64,000 bases of DNA from Dehalococcoidia bacterium (GTDB lineage: Bacteria; Chloroflexota; Dehalococcoidia; UBA2979), in NCBI GenBank assembly GCA_965262725.1, contig OZ253555.1, forward strand, positions 1,152,001-1,216,000, written 5' to 3'. The translations under genes were made by a program, and so were the position numbers. The notes under the pieces were generated by a model. That model saw nothing but the letters and a program-made list of their open reading frames with translations, was not told the DNA's origin and did no database searches. This document shows, one piece after another, positions 29,939 through 41,881 of this stretch; the first letter of the stretch is position 1; each line of letters begins with the position of its first letter.

Positions 29939-31264
29939 CTACATACCCATGAGTTCGCGGAGAGCGCTGCCGCCACCGCGGCCGCCACCGGCCATAGCCT
30001 GCATGAGTTTCCTAGCTTTCGCGAACTGATTCAAGAGCCTGTTCACATCGGCGGGCGCTGTGCCGGAGCCCGCAGCGACGCGTCGGCGGCGGGATCCGTT
30101 GAGGATCTGGGGCCGCCTCCGCTCCTCCGGTGTCATCGAGCGGATGATCGCCTCGCTCCTCACGAGCTCGCGGTCGTCGACTTGGCTCTGCATCCCGGAC
30201 ATACCCGGCATCATCTCGAGGAGTCCGGCGAGCGAGCCCATCTGCTTCAGGTTCTGCATCTGGTCCAGGAAGTCCTGCAGGTCAAAGTCACCGCTGGCGA
30301 CGCGCTTGGCCACCGCCTTCGCGTCGCTCGCGCCGACCGTCTCCTTGGCGCGCTCGACGAGCGTGACCACGTCGCCCATGCCGAGCACGCGCGAGGCGAA
30401 TCGCTCCGGATGGAACTGCTCCAGCGCCTCCAGCCGTTCGCCGGTCGTGATGAACTTCACCGGGAGGCCCGTCACCGTTCGGACCGAGAGCACGGCGCCA
30501 CCCCGGGTGTCCGAGTCGACCTTCGTGACGACGATGCCCGTCCCTTCCAGCACCTCGTGGAACTCGCTGGCGAGCTCGACGGCGGATTGTCCGGTCATGG
30601 CATCGACGACGATCAAGACCTCGGTCGGGTCGATCGCGTCGGCGAGATCGATCAGGTCGTCGGCGAGGTCGTCGTCGAGGTCGACGCCGCCGCGCGTGTC
30701 GAAGACGACGGCGGTCGCTCCCGAGCGTCTCGCCTCCGCGAGCGCCCGCGTCCCGATCTCGGCGGTGGGCGCCTCCCGCTCCTCGGCGTAGACGGAGAGA
30801 CCGCTCGGTGCGCTCAGGGCCCGGAGCTGTTCGATCGCGGCGACGCGCTCGAAGTCGGTGGCGACCAGCAGCGGCTTCTCGCCGCGCTTCGCGAGATAGA
30901 GGCCGAGCCTCGCAGCGAGCGTGGTCTTCCCCGAGCCCTTGCTGCCGACGAGGAGGTAGACGGACGGGCCCTTCTCGGCGCTCCGGAGCTCGTGGGCGTC
31001 GCCGCCGAGCACCGCGGTCAGCTCCTCGTGCACGATGCCGACCACCTGCTGGCCCGGTGTCAGTGAACGGAGAACCTCTTGCCCGAGCGCGCGCTCGCGC
31101 ACGTGGGACATGAACTCGCGCACGACCTGAAAGTGGACGTCGGCCTCCAGCAGGGCGACGCGCACGTCGCGCAGAGCCTCGTCCAGCTGCGCCTCGGTGA
31201 TGCGGCCGCCCCTCCGCAAGCGCGAAAACGTTCGCGTGAGCCGCTCCGACAGCGCGTCTAGCAT
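29939..31264 (-). CDS. ffh: signal recognition particle protein
   Basis: ALLEADV, GSGKTT, DAMTGQ, RGGAVLS, RVLGMGD and the M-domain SRRRRVAAGSG. Confidence 0.95.
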   Translation of the reverse strand: MLDALSERLTRTFSRLRRGGRITEAQLDEALRDVRVALLEADVHFQVVREFMSHVRERALGQEVLRSLTPGQQVVGIVHEELTAVLGGDAHELRSAEKGPSVYLLVGSKGSGKTTLAARLGLYLAKRGEKPLLVATDFERVAAIEQLRALSAPSGLSVYAEEREAPTAEIGTRALAEARRSGATAVVFDTRGGVDLDDDLADDLIDLADAIDPTEVLIVVDAMTGQSAVELASEFHEVLEGTGIVVTKVDSDTRGGAVLSVRTVTGLPVKFITTGERLEALEQFHPERFASRVLGMGDVVTLVERAKETVGASDAKAVAKRVASGDFDLQDFLDQMQNLKQMGSLAGLLEMMPGMSGMQSQVDDRELVRSEAIIRSMTPEERRRPQILNGSRRRRVAAGSGTAPADVNRLLNQFAKARKLMQAMAGGGRGGGSALRELMGM

Positions 31265-32006
31265 CAGGCGAGTCTATCCGCCGGGCGCGCTACGGACCGC
31301 GGCGTCGCGCGCGCGGGGCCGACGGAGTCCGCGCTCCGAGCGCTGCCGCCGCCCACGCGCGCGGGTGATGCCGCGGCGCACATGGCCCCTAGTGTCCTGA
31401 ATTGGAAATGCGATTGAGATATCCGGTGAGGTTGGTGTGTCCCGAAGTCGAAGGGCGGGTGACGTGATGACGTAACCGGTCTGGAGACATGCTCGTCGTT
31501 GCCAGCCGGTGCGAGTCCGGCACGGGTAACTGTCAGGAGGCCCGTTAGCAGGTCGGCGGCGCGGACGGGAAACGGTCCACGTCGAAGCCCGACGTCAAGA
31601 GCCCTATCAGGGGGAGCAACCAAGCGGTCCGCAGCATCAAGCGAAGCCTGCCGCGTCGTTAACGGATAGTGGAGGAGCCGAGCCCGGCAATTCAGGGCGA
31701 AGGCCATGGACGAGGTGAAGATCCTGAATGCGCGTTGCGCTGCAGCCTCAAGGAACCTCCCGGCGTAAGGGGCGTGGAACGTTTGGAAGGTAGCGACGGG
31801 AACGGGAGAAGCCCTCCCCGGCCCGGCACCCTGCGAGATGGTGTCGGAGCGAGGTGCCCTATAACCGGTCAAAGCCGGGAAGTGGGCAGCTAGCCGGAAG
31901 GGTGACGGAGGGGGTCGTAGTACCGCTTGAGCCGGACGGACAACACAACCGCCGGTGATGGGAAGGACCCCTGCTTTGCTCACGCGTGGGGAGTAGGGAT
32001 GAATCG

Positions 32007-34206
32007 GTGAGTGCCCAAGCGGCTAACTCCATCCAAGACAAGGTCCGAACACTACAACGCACGCTTTACCGGGCGGCCAAGGCCGACCCCAATAGACGCT
32101 TTCATGCGCTCTACGACAAGGTTTATCGCAGAGACATTCTGGAGCGCGCGTGGGAGCAGGTGCGTCGCAATCGCGGCGCAGCCGGTATCGACGGCGTCAC
32201 GCTCGCCGAGGTCGAGCGCTACGGCGTGGAGCGCCTGCTGGATGAACTGGCCACGGAACTGAAGGAGGGAAGATACCGGGTGCAGCCGAGCCGCCGGGTC
32301 TGGATACCCAAGCCCGGTCGGTCGGAAGAGCGCCCGCTCTCGATTCCTTCGGTCCGCGACCGCATCGTGCAGGCGTCGCTGAAGCTCGTGACGGAGCCGG
32401 TCTTCGAGGCCGACTTCCTGCCATGCAGCTTCGGCTTCCGCCCGAAGCGTTCGGCCCATGACGCCCTGCAGGTCCTCATTGACGAGGCGTGGCGGGGCAG
32501 GCGGTGGGTAGTGGAGACGGACATCGCCTCGTGTTTCGAGTCGATACCGCGTGCGTCCGGAAGTCGAAGGGGTGGTGACGTGATGACGTGACCGGTCCGG
32601 AGACATGCTCGTTGCTGCCAGCCGGTGAGAGTCCGGCACGGGTAACTGTCAGGAGGCCCGTTAGCAGGTCGGCGGCGTGGACGGGAAACGGTCTGCGTCG
32701 AAGCCCGACGTCAAGAGCCCTATGAGGGGGAGCAAACGTGCGGTCCGCAGCATGACGCGAAGTCTGCCGCGCCGTGAGACTCGCCTGTCTATTGACAGGA
32801 CCAAGGAGGAGCCGAGCCCGGGTGGTCAGGGCGAAGGCCATGGACGAGGTGAAGATCCTGGAATGCAGCCTCAAGAAACCTCCCGGCGTATGGGACGTGG
32901 AACGTACGGAAGGTAGCGACGGGAACCGGAGAAGCCCTCCCCGGCCCGGCACCCTGTGAGAGGGCGTCGGAGCGAGGCGTCCTATAACCGGTCAGAGCCG
33001 GGAAGTGGACAGCCAGCCGGAAGGGTGGCGGAGGGGGTCGTAGTACCGCTGGAGCCGGACGGACAACATAACCGCCGGTGATGGGAAGGACCCCTACTTT
33101 GTCCGTGCATGTTGCTGGGGGTGTGGACTGGTGAGTGCCCCTCGGGGCTAGCAACCACTTGGTAGGGTTCGAGGCTCTCCGCACATGCTGTACCGGCTGG
33201 CCAAGGCACGACCCACGTTGTGGGGAGCGCTGCATGCCATCTGGTGAAGGGCATCGGTGAGCCGGATGAGGGAGAACCTCACGTCCGGTTCGATGTGGCA
33301 GGGGCTGGAGACGGACGCTGCTATGGCCGTGGAGTTGGGCACCACCGGGAAACCGGCTTGGAACTGATGCGCCACCGCCTACGGCTCGCACCGCGCCAGC
33401 CCCTGACCCTACACGACCGTCTGATGACGGCCGTCGAGGAACGGATATGCGACCGCAATCTCCTGAAGCTGGTACGGGCGATGCTGCGTGCCGGTGTGAT
33501 GGAGTCGGGGGTCGTGCAGCACAGCGCGACGGGTACGCCGCAGGGCGGGGTGATGTCCCCGCTGCTGGCCAATGTCTACCTGCACCGGTTGGACCGGGAC
33601 TGGGAGGCGAAGGGTGATGGCGTGCTGGTGCGCTATGCGGATGACCTCGTGGTGCTCTGCCGGAGCCGGGAGGAAGCGGAGCGGGCGTTGGCCCTGCTGC
33701 GTGACCTGCTGGGTGAGCTCGGACTGGAGCTCAAGGCGGAGAAGACGCGCATCGTGCACCTGCGGGAGGGAGGCGAGGGGCTGGAGTTCCTCGGCTTCGA
33801 GCATCGCTGGGTACGTGCGAAGCGCAACAAGAATATCCAGTTCCTCGCACGCTGGCCCTCACGGCGAGCGATGCAGCGGGCGCGGGACCGCATCCGTGAA
33901 ATCACGGCGCGGTTGCGTCTGCTGCTGAGTCCCCGGCAGGTCGTGGAGGAAGTCAATCGCTACCTCCGCGGCTGGATGAGCTACTTCCGCTACGGCAACT
34001 CGGCGAGGGCGTTCGACGTCCTGCACTGGTTTGCCATGTGGAGACTCAAACTCTGGCTGGGGAAGCGGTTGCGTTGGCGGCGACGCCATCGCGGGCACCC
34101 GTTTCCCGTCGCCGACCGTCTGGGGCTCATCTCGCTAGCTGGACAGCGCGTCGTGGCACCACGGCCATATCGACCGTGGCGGGGCACCCCGCATGCCGCC
34201 CGGTGA
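32007..34206 (+). CDS. ltrA: group II intron reverse transcriptase/maturase, split: join(32007..32550,33413..34206), 445 aa, no obvious endonuclease domain
   Basis: RPLSIPSVRDRIVQ and SFGFRP in exon 1; DIASCFESIP/HDRL across the junction; GTPQGGVMSPLLANVYL, RYADD, FLGF and GWMSYF in exon 2. Confidence 0.92.
32551..33412 (+). mobile_element. inner ORF-less group II intron inserted in the RT gene
   Basis: 5' end GTGCG. Domains I-III are near-copies of the outer intron. Domain V is at about 33259-33291 and the 3' end is CCCTAC. Removing it restores the RT frame exactly. Confidence 0.93.
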
Positions 34207-34511
34207 AGGGCATCGGTGAGCCGGATGAGGGAAAACCTCACGTCCGGTTCGAGGCGGCAGGGGCTGGAGACGGACGATGCTACGGCTGTGGAGATGGGCG
34301 CCACCGGGAAACCGGCCTGGCAATATGCGCCACCGCCTACGGCTCGCACCGCGCCAGCCCCTGACCCTACTCAAAGATCTGGTCCGCGGACTTGTGCCAG
34401 ATGAAGCGCCTCCGGTGCTCGTTTCCAGTTGCGACCCAAGCCTCCACTGAGCGGACCAGGCCTGCGAGGCTCGGTGCGATTGTTTTCAGCATTTGCAACT
34501 CGGGACACTAG

Positions 34512-36430
34512 GACGCTGGTGCCAAACTCGAGTCACGGCGGCCGCGGTCCGTGTGAGAGGGAGGTGTAGCGTCGGGTGGGCGCGGGCCGGGAGTTGCGCC
34601 GCCAGGGGGTGAGCGGGGCCGGCATCGACCCGGGATCGGGACCCCCGGACGCAGGCTCTCCCGCAGTGGCCCCCGCCTCCGTCTCCCCTACGAGGGCGCC
34701 GCGACCGCCCACCGGGTTGGTGTGTAGTGCAGCCCCAGCGTCGCCAGCCGCGCCAGGTTGACTGAGGCGGCGAGCAGGTTGTGGTCGGCATCGACCTTGA
34801 GACGGCCCCGGACACGGGCGACGCGGCCCCCGTGTCTGCGACGGGTCGTATGCGCCACCTTGCGTTCGACTATCGAGCGGACCGTGCGGTAGCCGGAGAG
34901 CCACCCGGGAGTCTGCTGGCGTGCCCGGGCGGCCGCGAGACTGGCCTCGTGGATCCCGACCTCGACGGTGCGGCCCGCAGGCGATGTGGTGCACTGGGCG
35001 CGAAGCGGACAGGGGCTGCAGGCGCCCCGGAAGTGGGCGGTCCCCGGGCCGTCGGAGGCGCGGCGAATCGGCACGGTCACCTCCGCGGGACAGGTGACGG
35101 TCCCCCTCTCCAGGTCGACGGTGAATCGCTCCTTGCTGAAACGGTGATGCGGTGCGGTCGCTCTCTGAGTGCGGCAGCGGGACTCGACCCCGTGCTCCTC
35201 CAGCAGCGACTGGAACGCGCCCGAGCCGTAGGCCGAATCGCCGTAGACGGTCGCCGTCCCGGTGCTCGCCTCCGCAGCCGGGTCGTCGGCATCGTCGTGT
35301 TCGCCTGCGTCCTCCAGCAGGTCCGTGATCAACTCCTCCGCGATATCCCCGTCCGCCACGTTGCCTGCGGTCACCGTGGTGTGGGTGATGAGCTCCGACT
35401 CCGGGTCGATCGCCAGGTGCCCCTTGTAGCCATCGAAGCCGTGCGCAGAGCTCTTGCGCCCGTGGCGGGCGTCGGGGTCCACGGTCGAGATGATGCGGTC
35501 CCTCGCCACCCGCCGCGCAATCACGAAGCGGCCGCCTTCGTCCTGCTCGAGGTCCTGCCCCACCACGGCCGCACACAGCTCGCCTGCCCGCGCAACGCGC
35601 TCGTCGAGCTCCCGTCCCTCCAGCACCCGGAGGCAGCTGGAGACATCGGTCGCCAGTTCGTCGATGAGCGCCCGCGCAGCCTCGCGGTCCTCCCAGTCAC
35701 ACGGAGGCTTGCCGGGAGCTCGATAGTCGTCATCGCGCCTCAGCACCGCCCGCAGCTCGGCCTCGAGCCCGGACTCACCGAGGCGCTCCGCCTCCCGCAG
35801 CAGCCCGCGGAGCGACGACCGGAGCAATGTCACCGTGTCCTGCGTCGCGACCGCGTCGTAGAGCGGCGTCGAGTCCAGCACTCGCTGCGCAGAGAGCAGC
35901 TTCGCCTCGCGCGCCACCACAAGCGTGGCCTCGAAGATGCGCCGGGGGCGCTCGGAGCGGGCGAGGCGCGCCCGCATCGAGACCAGGACCGTGTGCACGA
36001 AGCCCGGCGCGTCGTAGTCGAGTCCGCCGCAGGCGAACTTCCAGCGGGCGTCCCACTCGAAGGCCGCCACCGCCTCACGGTCGGACAGGCCGTGGAGACG
36101 CTGCAGCACCATGACCGTGGCGACCACCCGCGGGGGAACGCTCCGGCGGCCGCGAGCGGAGAAGAGGTCGGCGAACATCTCGTCGGGGAAGAGGCGTTCG
36201 CCGTGGCGGGCAAGGAGGGTCCAGATGGAGTTCCCGGGGAGCCTCTCAGCGACGTAGGCGGTGCTCTTGAAGAAGGTAAGGGGCTGCCTGGAGGTCTCTC
36301 CCTGTGTCATGAGCGAGACTTTCACTGCGAACAGAACTGATCACCAACATGATCGCATTCCGTGACTCAGTTCGCAACGATGCCCCGCCTCCAGAAGGCA
36401 CCCACCGCCCTACAAAAAAACACCAGGCTC
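34512..36430 (-). mobile_element. IS1182-like insertion sequence flanked by CTAG
   Basis: Ends GACGCTGGTG and rc GAGCCTGGTG match 8/10. CTAG at 34508-34511 and 36431-36434. Confidence 0.75.
34688..36310 (-). CDS. IS1182-family (IS5-related) DDE transposase
   Basis: GRRSVPP, LSDREA, VLDST, DPDARHG.K, GYKGH, YGDSAYG, CxxCPLRxxC and RSIVERK. Confidence 0.9.
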   Translation of the reverse strand: MTQGETSRQPLTFFKSTAYVAERLPGNSIWTLLARHGERLFPDEMFADLFSARGRRSVPPRVVATVMVLQRLHGLSDREAVAAFEWDARWKFACGGLDYDAPGFVHTVLVSMRARLARSERPRRIFEATLVVAREAKLLSAQRVLDSTPLYDAVATQDTVTLLRSSLRGLLREAERLGESGLEAELRAVLRRDDDYRAPGKPPCDWEDREAARALIDELATDVSSCLRVLEGRELDERVARAGELCAAVVGQDLEQDEGGRFVIARRVARDRIISTVDPDARHGRKSSAHGFDGYKGHLAIDPESELITHTTVTAGNVADGDIAEELITDLLEDAGEHDDADDPAAEASTGTATVYGDSAYGSGAFQSLLEEHGVESRCRTQRATAPHHRFSKERFTVDLERGTVTCPAEVTVPIRRASDGPGTAHFRGACSPCPLRAQCTTSPAGRTVEVGIHEASLAAARARQQTPGWLSGYRTVRSIVERKVAHTTRRRHGGRVARVRGRLKVDADHNLLAASVNLARLATLGLHYTPTRWAVAAPS

Positions 36431-37450
36431 CTAGGAGATGCCGCGCTCCGCGAAGAGTGCGCAGAGGTCGGCGATGCGGCAGGCGTAGCCCCACTCGTTG
36501 TCGTACCAGCCGATCGTCTTCGCCATTCTCCCGTCCACGATCATCGTCGCCGGCGCGTCGAAGATCGCGGAGGCCGGGTGCTCGCGGAAGTCGGAGGAGA
36601 CGAGCTCGTCGCGCTCGTAGTAGAGGTAGCCTTTCATCGGCCCCTCGGCGGCCGCGAGGAACGCCTCATTGATAGCTCCCTCGGAGACGCTCTGCTCCAG
36701 GTCGGCGACGAGGTCCACGACGGAGACCGTCGCGGTCGGGACCCGGAAGGCGACGCCGTTGATCTTTCCGGTGAGCTCCGGGATCACCTTCCCCACGGCG
36801 CTCGCCGCTCCCGTTGAGGTCGGGATGATGTTGTTGGCCGCGGCCCTCGCCCGACGGAAATCCTTGTGCTTCGCGTCCACGAGATTCTGATCGCGCGTGT
36901 AGGAGTGGATCGTGGACAGGAAGGCGCGCTCGATGCCGAACCCGTCGTGCAGCACCTTCACCATCGGTACAACGCAGTTCGTCGTGCACGAGCCCGCCGA
37001 GACGACGTGGTGGCGGGCCGGGTCGTACTCGTCGTGGTTGACGCCGACGATGACCGTCCAGTCCTCGTTCCTCGCCGGGGCGGTGATCAGCACCTTCTTC
37101 ACCGAATCGCGGATGTGGACCGCCGCCTTCGGGCCGTCCCGGAACGCCCCCGTCGACTCCACGACGACGTCCACACCAAGCTCGCCCCACGGTATCTGCG
37201 CGGGATCCTCCTGTTGCAGCACCCGGACCTCATGCGCCCCGTCGATCACGAAGCGATCGGCAGAGTCCTCGATCGGCGCAGGGAAGCGGCCATAGACGCT
37301 GTCGTAGCGCAGCAGGTGGGCGTGCATGTCGGCCGGTGTGCGCCCGTTGATCGCTACGACCTGAAAGTCGTCCCGGTGGTGGATATACCAGGAGCGCAGC
37401 GCGAGCCGCCCGATGCGTCCGAAGCCGTTAATGCCGACCCTCATCGTCAC
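36431..37450 (-). CDS. gap: type I glyceraldehyde-3-phosphate dehydrogenase
   Basis: INGFGRIGR, SAGSCTTNC, NIIPTSTGAA and WYDNEWGY. Confidence 0.97.
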   Translation of the reverse strand: MTMRVGINGFGRIGRLALRSWYIHHRDDFQVVAINGRTPADMHAHLLRYDSVYGRFPAPIEDSADRFVIDGAHEVRVLQQEDPAQIPWGELGVDVVVESTGAFRDGPKAAVHIRDSVKKVLITAPARNEDWTVIVGVNHDEYDPARHHVVSAGSCTTNCVVPMVKVLHDGFGIERAFLSTIHSYTRDQNLVDAKHKDFRRARAAANNIIPTSTGAASAVGKVIPELTGKINGVAFRVPTATVSVVDLVADLEQSVSEGAINEAFLAAAEGPMKGYLYYERDELVSSDFREHPASAIFDAPATMIVDGRMAKTIGWYDNEWGYACRIADLCALFAERGIS

Positions 37451-37622
37451 CCTCTCCGTGGCCCTGCGCCCCGGGTGCGTGTCGATTCTACCGCCGGGGC
37501 GGCGGATGCACGCGCACGCGGCCCCGGCCGCCAGTGTCTCCGCTCCCGCCCGGCTCGACCCCCGGTGCGCGAGCCCGGCGTGCCGGTGCCCTGGCCGGAC
37601 GGGGAGGCCGTGGGCCGCGACG

Positions 37623-40976
<3,354 letters not shown>

Positions 40977-41116
40977 GCCGTCCCCCTCTGCACCGGACAC
41001 GTAGACGGGCACGCCGCCGAGGTGCGGGGAGTATACACATGCCGCACTCAGCCCTGCGCCCGCCCGATCCGCCCGCGTCGTCCGGCGGTCGCGGCGCATC
41101 CGGGCGATGGCCGGGG

Positions 41117-41842
41117 TCACAGCGGGGGCTCGCTGGCGTCGCGGTCGTAGCCGCCGCGCCCGTAGCCGCCCCGCCCGAGGAGAGGCACGAAGCGCACGCC
41201 GCCGAGGCTGCGGCGCTCGATCGCGTCCCGCCGGCGGGTGAGCAGCCAGAGCTCTTGCCCTCCGAGGGGGCCGACCGGGATGACCAGTCGTCCCCCGTCG
41301 GCAAGCTGGTCGATGAGCGGCGGCGGAACGGCGGGCGCGGCGGCCGCGACGAGGATGGCGTCGAACGGCGCGAGCGCCGGCGCGCCGGGCTCCTCGCCAG
41401 CCGCCAGCACGCCGACATGATCCAGGCCGAGGTGCTCGAGCGTCGCCGCGGCCCGCCGGCGCAGCGCATCGACGATCTCAACGGTGACGACATCGCGCGC
41501 GAGCCGGGCGACGACGGCCGCCTGGTAACCCGATCCGGTGCCGACCTCGAGCACGCGGTCGGAGGGCTTCAGCGCGAGCGCCTCGGTCATCACCCCGACG
41601 ATCAGCGGCTGCGAGATGGTCTGCCTGTGGCCGATCGCGAGTGCCCGATCGGCGTAGGCGTTGCGGCGGACCTCTTGGGGGACGAACTCGTGCCGTGGCA
41701 CCGACCGCATCGCCGCCAGCACGCGCGAGTCGCGCACGACCTCGGCGACGCGCGCAACCATGCGCGCGCGCCGCTCGGCGAACGCCGGCTCCTCGTCGCC
41801 GTTCGCCGGGACTGTCCGGTCGTCGGATCTCCGCCCGCTCAC
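41117..41842 (-). CDS. pcm: protein-L-isoaspartate O-methyltransferase
   Basis: VPRHEFV, QTISQP, VLEVGTGSGYQAA and VRFVPL. Confidence 0.93.
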   Translation of the reverse strand: MSGRRSDDRTVPANGDEEPAFAERRARMVARVAEVVRDSRVLAAMRSVPRHEFVPQEVRRNAYADRALAIGHRQTISQPLIVGVMTEALALKPSDRVLEVGTGSGYQAAVVARLARDVVTVEIVDALRRRAAATLEHLGLDHVGVLAAGEEPGAPALAPFDAILVAAAAPAVPPPLIDQLADGGRLVIPVGPLGGQELWLLTRRRDAIERRSLGGVRFVPLLGRGGYGRGGYDRDASEPPL

Positions 41843-41881
41843 GCTCCCATTGTGCGCCGACGCCGGGCCCTTGGCTGCGTC

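Larger units (their letters stand above)
31435..34370 (+). mobile_element. outer group II intron, RT-encoding
   Basis: 5' end GTGTG. Domain V GAGCCGGATGAGGGAAAACCTCACGTCCGGTTC at about 34218-34250. Long domain VI ends CCCTAC at 34370. EBS/IBS pairings match the flanks. Confidence 0.92.
31390..34510 (-). mobile_element. IS630-derived miniature element (about 185 bp without the intron), host of the group II intron
   Basis: Terminal IRs TAGTGTCCTGAATTGGAAATGC and rc TAGTGTCCCGAGTTGCAAATGC match 19/22. Rejoined across the intron, the minus strand reads an IS630-type C-terminus: ...RRFIWHKSADQIFD/NLTGYLNRISNSGH*. Confidence 0.8.

Noticed and set aside
28600-29939. SRP RNA near ffh
   Set aside because: No CAGG-GNRA-AGCA domain IV motif was found; only a short terminator-like hairpin at 28626-28645.
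32792-32797. Perfect TTGACA inside the inner intron as a promoter
   Set aside because: No -10 box at the right spacing; it is part of a small hairpin, CCTGTC-TATT-GACAGG.
31435-33412. Long direct repeat read as a tandem duplication or misassembly
   Set aside because: The copies differ at EBS positions that match their own flanks, and exact excision restores the RT frame.
33220-33412. N-terminal part of ORF 33220..34206 as real protein
   Set aside because: It is read-through of inner-intron domains V and VI; RT similarity starts at 33413.
32007-34206. RT as part of a retron, DGR or CRISPR-RT system
   Set aside because: It is embedded in clear group II ribozyme domains, and no TR/VR pair, cas genes or array is present.
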